The position numbers were made by a program, and so were the translations under genes. A DNA stretch of 62,044 nt, counting the filler, from Deltaproteobacteria bacterium (lineage in GTDB: Bacteria > JAUYMQ01): NCBI GenBank assembly GCA_030698575.1. It is 5 parts of 5 records of this genome, joined end to end, with 100 filler letters (N's around TTAATTAATTAA, not from the genome) between each part and the next. Parts side by side here need not be neighbours in the genome. Positions count along the whole stretch, not along the records: positions 1 to 16,413 come from JAUYMQ010000287.1; 4 more parts are not named here. The stretch is one strand, 5' to 3'. Positions within the stretch are counted from its first letter, which is position 1. Every line of letters starts with the position of its first letter. A model generated the notes under the pieces. That model was not told where the DNA came from and made no database searches. It saw only the letters and a list, made by a program, of their open reading frames with translations. Positions 1-8,003 of the stretch are shown piece by piece.

Positions 1-2
1 TT

Positions 3-395
3 GCGGCGTGTGAGGAGCCCACCCTGCTCTTGGGCATGAACAATCAGCAGGTGCTGCCATTCGAGCGGCCGCAGCTCCTGGACGGCTCCACGCTGGTGTT
101 CAACCTGCTGGCCTTCTCTGACCCCCGGCGCCCATTGCCCATGGTGTGCGCGCTGTTTTCGCAGCCGCAGCTGCACGCGGCTTGGCTGCCCGAGGCGACG
201 CGGGTGCGCCTTGCGTACAACCCCGGCATGTTTGGGCCCACGCTCCGCGTCAAGCTGTCGCGCGCGCCCGTCCTGGCGCGGACCAAGCGGGACGAGGCCG
301 AGGCGAAGAAGAAGTCGGCACGGACGTTCAGCATGTCCCCGTTCGACGAGGACGAGTACGACATTCCGACGTTCCTGCGGCGGCAGGCCGACTGA
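3..395 (+). CDS. 5'-partial ORF ending in an FtsZ-type C-terminal peptide (possible ftsZ 3' end or chimera)
   Basis: Frame open from the window start; ends ...FDEDEYDIPTFLRRQAD*, matching the conserved FtsZ tail D-[IV]-P-x-F-L-R. The upstream part does not resemble an FtsZ core or linker. Confidence 0.5.
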   Translation, partial: AACEEPTLLLGMNNQQVLPFERPQLLDGSTLVFNLLAFSDPRRPLPMVCALFSQPQLHAAWLPEATRVRLAYNPGMFGPTLRVKLSRAPVLARTKRDEAEAKKKSARTFSMSPFDEDEYDIPTFLRRQAD

Positions 396-466
396 CGTTG
401 CCGTCTGCGCCGGCGGGGCCCCGCATCCGGGGGGCGCCGCCGGCGCGGGCCTTCCGTTTTCCAAGG

Positions 467-492
467 CCCGCGCTCCGCGCGGGTTTTTGTTT
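467..492 (+). terminator. Intrinsic terminator
   Basis: CCCGCGC-tcc-GCGCGGG followed by TTTTTGTTT. Confidence 0.6.
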
Positions 493-506
493 CAGGAGGA
501 GAGAAC

Positions 507-1301
507 TTGCTGGAGGAGCCAGTTCGGTTCGAAAACCCCGACGGCCGGCGCCTCGCCGGTATCGTCGGGCGCCCGATTGAGGGCGAAGTGCGGGCGGCGG
601 TCGTGCTCAGCCACGGCATGCTCTCCGGAAAAAACAGTCCCAAGCACGTGATGCTCGCCGAGCGCCTGGCAGCCCGGGGGGTAGCCACGCTCCGCTTCGA
701 CTTCACCTCGCGCTACGAATCGGAAGGCACCATCGAGGAGATGACCTACACGCGGCAGGTGGCCGACCTGGCGGCGGCCGAGGCGCTGGCGAGGAAGTTG
801 TTCGGAGCATTGCCGCTGGGGCTTTATGGTTCGAGCATGGGAGGCGCCGTCGTGATCCTCCACGCGGGTTCAGGGTGCGACGTTCAGGCTCTCGCCACGA
901 TCGCGGCGGTGGGCCGGCCGGGGAATCTCTGGTCGGCCTGGGCCGATGCCGAAGGCGTCGCGCGGTGGCGGCGGGAGGGATGGATGACCGTGGAGGGAAC
1001 CCGCCTCCCCTACGGCTTCTACGAGGACACCCTCCGCCAGGACGTCGTAGCCGCGGCTTCGCGCCTGCGCGCGCCCTTGCTGCTCGTGCATGGGGCGAAG
1101 GACGCTCTCGTGCCGGTCGAGCAGTGCCGGGAGCTGCATGCAGCCGCGGCCGGACCCAAGCGCATGGTGATCCTTCCCGAGGCCGATCATCGCTTCAGCC
1201 GGCAGGCGGACCTCGATCGCATGCTCGACGAGGTGTCCGGCTGGTTCACAGCGCGCCTGCTTCAGGGCCACGGCGCGAACGCACCCTCCCCGTCCGCCTG
1301 A
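507..1301 (+). CDS. Alpha/beta-fold hydrolase (esterase/peptidase S9-like)
   Basis: SHG oxyanion motif, GSSMGG nucleophile elbow, HGAKD and ADH catalytic motifs; AGGAG RBS. Confidence 0.88.
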   Translation: MLEEPVRFENPDGRRLAGIVGRPIEGEVRAAVVLSHGMLSGKNSPKHVMLAERLAARGVATLRFDFTSRYESEGTIEEMTYTRQVADLAAAEALARKLFGALPLGLYGSSMGGAVVILHAGSGCDVQALATIAAVGRPGNLWSAWADAEGVARWRREGWMTVEGTRLPYGFYEDTLRQDVVAAASRLRAPLLLVHGAKDALVPVEQCRELHAAAAGPKRMVILPEADHRFSRQADLDRMLDEVSGWFTARLLQGHGANAPSPSA

Positions 1302-1425
1302 AAGGCTTTTTTCCGCCTCCACCTTTCGTGTTATGCTGTCGCAAGCACTCCTGATGGCCAGGCCAGTCCTGTCCCCGACGCACCCCGTGTCCGACGCACG
1401 GGTCGAGGCGTTTCCGGAGGCCCTC

Positions 1426-1935
1426 ATGGCAGATAGGAACCCGCCCGCGACCAATCCTGAAGATCTCCACCTCCGCACAATCATGGTGCCCGTCGACTTT
1501 TCCGAAAACGCGATGGGCGCTGTCGATTACGCCGTGAAGCTCGGCAAGCAGTTCGGCTCCCGGCTGGTTCTGGTGCACATCTACCACTTTCCCGTCGAGC
1601 TGCTCACGGACTGGTCGGCTTACGGCACCCTGGCCGGCTCGGGGGAGTTGCTCGAGGCCCTTCGCAAGGAGCGCGAGCAGCAGCTGTCGGCCCTGGCGGC
1701 GGAAAAGGCCGCCTCGGGCCTCGAGATCGCCACGCGCGTGCTCGAAGGGACCCCGTTCAGCGAGATCGTCAAAGCCGCCAGGGCCGAGAAGGCGGATATT
1801 CTGATCATGGGAACCCGCGGGCTGACGGGCATGAAGCACGTCCTCATAGGAAGCACCGCCGAAAAGGTCGTGCGGAAAGCACCCTGCCCCGTCCTGGTGC
1901 TGAAGCCCGAGAACTTCGATTTCCAGATGCCCTGA
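1426..1935 (+). CDS. Universal stress protein (UspA family)
   Basis: IMVPVDFSE...DILIMGTRG...IGSTAEKVVRKAPCPVLV; GGAGG RBS before ATG 1426. Confidence 0.93.
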   Translation: MADRNPPATNPEDLHLRTIMVPVDFSENAMGAVDYAVKLGKQFGSRLVLVHIYHFPVELLTDWSAYGTLAGSGELLEALRKEREQQLSALAAEKAASGLEIATRVLEGTPFSEIVKAARAEKADILIMGTRGLTGMKHVLIGSTAEKVVRKAPCPVLVLKPENFDFQMP

Positions 1936-1950
1936 CACCGAGGCCCCCTC

Positions 1951-2829
1951 ATGAGCGGCCAGACCGGCTCCTCCCCGCCCCAGGATCCCGCCGGCGGCCC
2001 GCTGCGGGCCGAGGATCTCGTTTCCCAGCTCACCGAGCACTACGGCGCGACCCTCTTCCTCGGTGTGCACTCGGCAAGCGACACCCTTGCCCGCCTCGAG
2101 GCCCGCGGGGTTCCGGCCAGGCTCGAGGAATTGGGCTTCGGACCGCTTCACCTCGACATAGGCGCACAGCTGCCGGAGGGACAGACGCTTCGGGTCTACC
2201 ACGAGGCGGCCAACCCGGACGCCTTGCTCATGGAGTTCCGGCTGCGCCTCCAGGACATCGCGCCCGCCCTGCGCCTGGCCAGCGTGGCACCGCTACAAAC
2301 CATGCGGTTTCTCCGTGTGGAATGGGCCCTGCTGCAAAATCCGCGCGCGGAGTTCATGCCCGACCGCCCCCGCCTCCCCGATCAACGCCACCCGGGCCTC
2401 GGCATCGGGCACGAAGTGAGCGCGTTCCTGGACGCCCTGGCGAAAGAGCACCGCCTCGACGGGCTCCTCTTCTTCCCGCAGCACTATCACAACGCCGCCC
2501 TGTACTCGCAGCGCTACGTCTTCTTCCACCCCGCGCGCCAGGGCGCGCACGAGGCCATGATGCGCGACCTGAAGGAGCGCGCGCTGGCCGACCGCTCCTT
2601 CGCCATCGACGGGGGATTCCTCCGGCGCGGGAAGTCCGGCGCCCCGGCTGAATGGAGCCCCAGCGAGATGATCCGTCCCCTCTCCCGGCGGCTAGAGGAG
2701 ATCATCCGCTCACGTTTCTGGTGGCGCGAGGCAAGGGCCGCGCGCAAAGGGACCCGCTGGCGGATCGACTGGAAAGAGTATGAGCGGTGGCGGGCGACGG
2801 AGGAGAGAGCGGCGGAAAGCGGGCGCTAG
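1951..2829 (+). CDS. Hypothetical protein resembling the C-terminal domain of myxobacterial HDAC-family proteins (possible GNAT-like fold)
   Basis: LQNPRAEF..DRPRLPDQRHPGLGIG and LDGLLFFPQHYHNA motifs; family recognised from memory only. Confidence 0.5.
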   Translation: MSGQTGSSPPQDPAGGPLRAEDLVSQLTEHYGATLFLGVHSASDTLARLEARGVPARLEELGFGPLHLDIGAQLPEGQTLRVYHEAANPDALLMEFRLRLQDIAPALRLASVAPLQTMRFLRVEWALLQNPRAEFMPDRPRLPDQRHPGLGIGHEVSAFLDALAKEHRLDGLLFFPQHYHNAALYSQRYVFFHPARQGAHEAMMRDLKERALADRSFAIDGGFLRRGKSGAPAEWSPSEMIRPLSRRLEEIIRSRFWWREARAARKGTRWRIDWKEYERWRATEERAAESGR

Positions 2830-3437
2830 GGAAAGATCAGGACCGGCGTGCCTACAGCTACGAAATCATACAGAATTCTGATGTCTTCGTCGGAGACCGA
2901 GATGCACCCCTCGGTCCAGTTGATGCGGTGACGCCGGGTGAAGCCGCGGTACTCCCCCTCGCCATGAATCCCGACGTAGCCACCCAGGCCCGTTCCCCAG
3001 GGCGGCTTCGCGCCCCCGTTGATCGCTTCCTTGATCCGCTCGTACTGTCCCCGATCGATGATCCGGCTCACGAGGCCGCGCTGGGCGTCGTCGAGGTTCG
3101 GGTAGCTCAGGCCGAGGAAGCGGAGGAAACGGGATTGGGTGGTCTTGTTCGTGATGTAGTACTCGCCCTCCGGGGTCCGGTTGTCCCCCTGGCGCTCCTT
3201 CGTCCCCATTGGCTTCTTGCCCAGCACGATGGGGAAGCGGCGTTTGAGGATGTCGTTCTCGAAGTAGAGGAGCTGGCGCTTGGCCTTGTAGACCACGACG
3301 GTGGGGCGTCTGTGGGCCGCCGCCAGCACCTCGCCTCCCGCGCTCACCCGGGAAGAGGACGAAAAGCTGAGAAGGGCGCCCACGGCGCAGCCGAGAAGGA
3401 GCCAGAGATAGCGCGCTGGTCGGGTCGTTCCACTCAT
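2826..3437 (-). CDS. L,D-transpeptidase (YkuD family), exported
   Basis: Signal peptide; K..QGD.RTPEG.Y, VGIHG and WTEGCI catalytic motifs. Confidence 0.9.
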   Translation of the reverse strand: MSGTTRPARYLWLLLGCAVGALLSFSSSSRVSAGGEVLAAAHRRPTVVVYKAKRQLLYFENDILKRRFPIVLGKKPMGTKERQGDNRTPEGEYYITNKTTQSRFLRFLGLSYPNLDDAQRGLVSRIIDRGQYERIKEAINGGAKPPWGTGLGGYVGIHGEGEYRGFTRRHRINWTEGCISVSDEDIRILYDFVAVGTPVLIFP

Positions 3438-3567
3438 CCCGGATAGACTCGCTTGCCTTGAGAGAGGTGAGCGGCGGGGGACCGGCCGGTCGAGACTTTT
3501 ACTCTATACACACTATTGACTGTTTGTTATGATCGCGGCCCATTTCATGAAAGGGGGTGTAGAACCG

Positions 3568-3822
3568 ATGTCAACCTATTTGAGGTCGAAGACACTGTCA
3601 ATGATGGCTGTAATCCTGCTGGCCTCCTCGTTCTCCTTCGGCTGTGCGAAGTGGAAGGAGACCCGGGACGCCAAGGACGAGGCCGTGAAAGCCGCGGCGG
3701 ACTCCATGGCAGCCTCGCAGCGCTCGGAAAGTGCAGCCAGCCGGTCAGAGTCTGCAGCCGCCAGGGCCGAAGATGCCGCCGCGAAGGCGGAGGCCATCTT
3801 CGAGAAGCTCCAGAGGAAATAA
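3568..3822 (+). CDS. OprI/Lpp-like alanine-zipper outer-membrane lipoprotein
   Basis: Lipobox SFGC, Ala-rich heptad coiled coil, C-terminus FEKLQRK ending in Lys; flanked by L,D-transpeptidases. Confidence 0.82.
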   Translation: MSTYLRSKTLSMMAVILLASSFSFGCAKWKETRDAKDEAVKAAADSMAASQRSESAASRSESAAARAEDAAAKAEAIFEKLQRK

Positions 3823-3865
3823 GCGGAGCAAAAACGTTCCGCTGGGTAACCACCTACGAATTCCG

Positions 3866-3905
3866 AAGCCTCCGCCGCAAAACGGCGGGGGCTTTGGGTT
3901 TTCTT
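3866..3905. terminator. Intrinsic terminator between convergent genes
   Basis: AAGCCTCCGCCG-caaaa-CGGCGGGGGCTT followed by a T-rich run. Confidence 0.75.
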
Positions 3906-3912
3906 GATCCGA

Positions 3913-4887
3913 TCACCTGGCCAGGGCGGTCAGCTCCGGAAGCTCCACTTCCCCGAATCCCTTCGTCACGTTGACCGGAATGCCGCGCTGATTGCGCATC
4001 GCCCGCCGGAGTCGCTCGCGATCCACCCGCCCCGTCGCCCCCAGCTCCTCGATCTGCCGCCAGGCTTCTCCCTCCCGATTCGGAAGGAGGCCGTAGGGAT
4101 CGTCATGGATCTCCACGAAAACATCGTAGCCCGAAAGGCCGACCTTCACCGGCTGGTAGACGATCTCCACGGTGTACCCTCTTTCCACACGAGCGTAGAG
4201 GTAGTTGATGTCCTCGGGGTACATCCGAATGCACCCGTGGCTGTAGTACCGCCCCACGCCCCAGGGCTTGTTCGTGCCGTGAATGCCGTAGCCCGGAATT
4301 GAAAGGACGAGGCGATACTTTCCCAGAGGATTGGCGGGGCCCGGAGGCACGACCGCCACGGGTTCCTTCATCTCCTTCTGGATCGAGGGAGGGACGCGCC
4401 ACGTCGGGTTGGTTTCCTTCAGCGACACCTTGAAGAAGCCCCGCGGGGTCTGCCAGTCGTAGGGCCCGAGTCCCAGGGGGAACGTCGAGACGATCCCCTT
4501 CGGGCCGGGGAAGTAGTACATCCGCATTTCCGGCACGTTGATCAGGATGCCCTTGTGGGCGCCCTGGGGAACGATGAATGCGCTGGGGACGAGGACGTAG
4601 GGGGCCAGGGCGGGAAGCCAGGGGTCGACGTCAGGATTGGCGATCTCCATCTCGCCGATTCCGACGTCTTCACGCCGGCCGATGTCGAGGAACGTCTCTC
4701 CCGGCTGCGCCCGGTAGACCTTGAGCTCCCCGATGACCATCGTGGGGCGGCCCGAGCCCGGGAAGGCGAAGCCGTGATACCGAACGTTCTCCCTGGGAGG
4801 GGCGTCCATCGATTCAGCGCCCAGAAAAGTGAGGGCGGCGGCGGTGAGCGTGAGAAGACGTCCGAGCGGTTTCACGAGTGATTTCAA
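3913..4887 (-). CDS. L,D-transpeptidase ErfK/YbiS/YcfS family with LysM-like N-terminus
   Basis: ANPDVDPWLP, ILINVPEMRMYY, PPGPANPLG, YGIHGTNKPWGVG..SHGCIRM; TTG start at 4887 after AAGGGGAG. Confidence 0.92.
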   Translation of the reverse strand: MKSLVKPLGRLLTLTAAALTFLGAESMDAPPRENVRYHGFAFPGSGRPTMVIGELKVYRAQPGETFLDIGRREDVGIGEMEIANPDVDPWLPALAPYVLVPSAFIVPQGAHKGILINVPEMRMYYFPGPKGIVSTFPLGLGPYDWQTPRGFFKVSLKETNPTWRVPPSIQKEMKEPVAVVPPGPANPLGKYRLVLSIPGYGIHGTNKPWGVGRYYSHGCIRMYPEDINYLYARVERGYTVEIVYQPVKVGLSGYDVFVEIHDDPYGLLPNREGEAWRQIEELGATGRVDRERLRRAMRNQRGIPVNVTKGFGEVELPELTALAR

Positions 4888-5045
4888 GGAACTGCTCCCC
4901 TTCCTAGATCGGCGTGCCTGACAAGCAACGGCAGCTCTGCGCCGGGGGGGCCGCCTTGATCCGTGCAGCGCCATTCAGACTACCATAGACCTGACGCCCC
5001 GGGGAGCCCCGCGCGCGCCCTCGGGACGAAGAAGCGAGGCTGGCC

Positions 5046-5492
5046 GTGAGCAGAGAGAAATCCGGATACCGCTGGCTGGATCACACCGCCGACGTGGGCG
5101 TCGTGGTCCACGGCGACAGCCTCGAGGCGCTCTTCGAAATCGCCGCGGAGGCCTTGAGCGATCTCATCACCGATCGGGAAACCGTCGAGGAGCGGGAAGA
5201 GCGCAGGGTCGTGCTGAGCGCGCCGGACCCCGAGCAGCTCCTGGTCCGCTGGCTCACGGAGATCCTCGCCTGGTTCGAGATCGACGGGCTCGTCTTCCGG
5301 CGTTTCTCAGTCCGGATGGATGGCGCTCTCAGCCTGGAGGGCCGGGCCTTTGGCGAGGCCTTCACCTACGGCGCGGCTGACCGGAACGCACGGCACCCCT
5401 TCCGGACTGCCATCAAGGCCGTGACCTACCACCAGCTCTCGGTCCGACAGAGCGGCGACGGCTGGGAAGCAACGATCATTTTCGACGTCTGA
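5046..5492 (+). CDS. Archease
   Basis: DHTADV N-terminal motif, IKAVTYH, C-terminal FDV; directly upstream of rtcB. Confidence 0.93.
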   Translation: MSREKSGYRWLDHTADVGVVVHGDSLEALFEIAAEALSDLITDRETVEEREERRVVLSAPDPEQLLVRWLTEILAWFEIDGLVFRRFSVRMDGALSLEGRAFGEAFTYGAADRNARHPFRTAIKAVTYHQLSVRQSGDGWEATIIFDV

Positions 5493-5514
5493 GGTTCGAC
5501 GTCCGGGGCAAAGC

Positions 5515-6978
5515 ATGGCAGGGAAGAAGACAAGACCCCCCATCCGGGTCGAGCGGCTCGATGACTACCGGTGGCGCATCCCGCAGACCGGCCGCATGCT
5601 GACCGAAGGGATCGTCTACGCGGACGACGCGCTCTTCGCCCGGATTCGCCAGGACCAGAGCCTCGAGCAAGTGAGGAACGTCGCCTGCCTGCCGGGTATT
5701 GTCGGCCCTTCTCTCGCGATGCCAGACATTCATTGGGGCTACGGCTTTCCGATCGGGGGCGTGGCCGCCTTCGACCCTGCTGAAGGAATCGTCTCGCCCG
5801 GCGGCGTCGGCTACGACATCAACTGCGGCGTGCGGCTACTCAGGTCAAACCTGACGCGCAAGGAAATCACGCCGAACCTCAAAGCGATCGCGGATGCCCT
5901 CTTCCGCGATATCCCGGCTGGCGTGGGACGCGGGCACAAGGAGTACCAGCTGGACCCGCGTGAGGTGCGGCAGGTGCTCGAGGGAGGGGCCGCCTGGGCC
6001 GTCGAGCAGGGGTTCGGGACGGAAGCGGATCTGGATCACATCGAGGAGGGCGGCAGGCTTGCAGGAGCGGATGCCGGAGAGGTCTCGGATCGCGCGGTCG
6101 AGCGGGGAAGGCGGCAGCTGGGCACCGTCGGGTCGGGAAATCACTTCATCGAGGTCGGCTACGTCGCGGAGATTCACGACGCTGCCGCTGCCTCCGCCTT
6201 CGGGCTCGCGAAAAACCACGTTACGGTTTTCATTCATAGCGGGTCGCGCGGGCTGGGCTACCAGGTCTGCGACGACTTCATCTCGGTCATGCTCGAGGCC
6301 TCAAGTCGTTACGGCATCGATCTGCCGGACCGCCAGCTTTGCTGTGCACCGCTGCGCTCACCGGAGGGGAAGCGTTACCTGGCGGCGATGTCGGCGGCCG
6401 CAAATTTTGCCTTCGCCAACCGGCAGTTGATGGCCCATCGCGTGCGCGAGACCTTCCGCCACACCCTTGGCCTCACGGATCGCGATCTGCGGATGGGGCT
6501 CGTCTATGACGTCTGCCACAATATCGCGAAGTTCGAGACCCACCAGGTGGAGGGCCGATCTCGGCGGCTCTGCGTGCACCGGAAGGGCGCGACGCGCGCC
6601 TTCCCCGGATCGGCACGGGAAGTCCCGGCGGACTACCGGAAGGTCGGCCAGCCGGTTCTCATCCCGGGCGACATGGGACGCCGATCCTATGTGCTCGCCG
6701 GCGCCGAGGGCGCTCTGTCAGCCACGTTCGGCAGCGCCTGCCACGGCGCCGGCCGCGTCATGAGCCGGAACGAGGCCAGGCGAGTTGCGCGGGGCCGGGA
6801 GCTTGTGCGTGAGTTCGAGGAAAGAGGGATCTTCCTGCGGGGCGCTGGAAGGGCAACGCTAGTGGAAGAGATACCCGAGGCCTACAAGGACGTCACTGAG
6901 GTGGTTGACGTCGTCGAGGGAGCGGGGCTGGCGAGGAAGGTGGCCGAGCTTCGCCCGCTTGCGGTCATCAAGGGCTAG
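5515..6978 (+). CDS. rtcB: RNA-splicing ligase RtcB (long, archaeal-type)
   Basis: MPDIHWGYGFPIGGV, GYDINCGVR, GSGNHF, HSGSRG, HNIAK, HRKGATRA, HGAGR, EEIPEAYKD, ends IKG. Confidence 0.96.
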   Translation: MAGKKTRPPIRVERLDDYRWRIPQTGRMLTEGIVYADDALFARIRQDQSLEQVRNVACLPGIVGPSLAMPDIHWGYGFPIGGVAAFDPAEGIVSPGGVGYDINCGVRLLRSNLTRKEITPNLKAIADALFRDIPAGVGRGHKEYQLDPREVRQVLEGGAAWAVEQGFGTEADLDHIEEGGRLAGADAGEVSDRAVERGRRQLGTVGSGNHFIEVGYVAEIHDAAAASAFGLAKNHVTVFIHSGSRGLGYQVCDDFISVMLEASSRYGIDLPDRQLCCAPLRSPEGKRYLAAMSAAANFAFANRQLMAHRVRETFRHTLGLTDRDLRMGLVYDVCHNIAKFETHQVEGRSRRLCVHRKGATRAFPGSAREVPADYRKVGQPVLIPGDMGRRSYVLAGAEGALSATFGSACHGAGRVMSRNEARRVARGRELVREFEERGIFLRGAGRATLVEEIPEAYKDVTEVVDVVEGAGLARKVAELRPLAVIKG

Positions 6979-6999
6979 AGAGCCGGGCGGAACGGCTCT

Positions 7000-7443
7000 T
7001 CAGGAGAGCAGGCGCTTGGCGACGGCGCTCACCTGTTTGCCGTCGGCCACCGGTCCAAGCCGGTGCAGGGCCTCTTTCATGACCGCACCCATCGCCTTCG
7101 GGCCGGAGACTTCCGTCTCGGCGATCACCGCCGCAACCACGCGGGCGATCTCTTCCTCGGTGGGGGCCGGCGGGAGGTAGCCCTCGAGGAGATTCAGTTC
7201 CTCTCGTTCCCGTTCGGCCAGCTCCAGCCGCCCTCCCTTCTCGAACGCCTCGATCGACTCCCGGCGCTGCTTGGCCTGGGTCCGGATGACCGGGAGGACC
7301 TCCTCGTCCGACAAGGGATGGCGCAGCTCGATCTCGCGGTTCTTGACGGCCGCTCGCAGCATGCGGATGGTGGAGAGGCGAACCTCGCTCCGGGCCCGCA
7401 TCGCCTGTTTCAAGTCCTCTTCCAGACGCTCCCGAAGGCCCAT
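7000..7443 (-). CDS. yqeY: GatB/YqeY domain protein
   Basis: DLKQAMRA, KQRRESIEAFEKGGR, YLP, MGAVMK, ADGK motifs. Confidence 0.93.
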   Translation of the reverse strand: MGLRERLEEDLKQAMRARSEVRLSTIRMLRAAVKNREIELRHPLSDEEVLPVIRTQAKQRRESIEAFEKGGRLELAEREREELNLLEGYLPPAPTEEEIARVVAAVIAETEVSGPKAMGAVMKEALHRLGPVADGKQVSAVAKRLLS

Positions 7444-7540
7444 CTCATGGCTCCCTCTGTCAAATACCCCTACCAGGAATTTAAAGTATTCATGGATTAC
7501 TACCTGTATGGTCTAATTCAACCTCTACTTGACGTCGAAC

Positions 7541-7569
7541 TTGACACGGTGCGAAATTTTCCGTAGGCT
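7541..7569 (+). promoter_or_regulatory. Sigma70-type promoter upstream of the sigma-factor gene
   Basis: TTGACA-17 nt-TAGGCT in an AT-rich intergenic region. Confidence 0.6.
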
Positions 7570-8003
7570 TGTCCGTCTGAGAGTTGTGGCGCTATCGCGT
7601 CGGGCGTTAGCGGGGGACACAACCCCGATGTCTCTTGATGTCCCTTAAGGATGTTCCAGGCGGCATGATCCGTCGGGCCTGTTTGAGGGAAGTCCTGAGA
7701 ATGGAGAGAGGGATCGCCGCTGTCCAGTGAAAACGCCCGGGCCGGCGTCCCGACTCAAGAAACTCTGTAACCCCCCTTCGGTGAGTGGCATCCCTTGAAT
7801 CGAGGGGTTGCAGGTTTTGGCCACCACGATGGCGTCGGGTGTTCTTTTGGCTCCGATACCTGACTAAAATACTAAAGATATTAGATCTAGCACTTACTAC
7901 TTTGATCGAAGCAGGCAGGACCCCAGACACCTCACACCCACCCCAAGGCCCGGCGACGCACCACGGGCGCGACCCGGCGGAGCATGCAGGAAGAGCGACG
8001 ACG

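Noticed and set aside
7785-8003. N-terminal 73 aa of the 588-aa sigma ORF
   Set aside because: AT-rich, non-coding-like sequence; more likely leader, with the start at ATG 8004.
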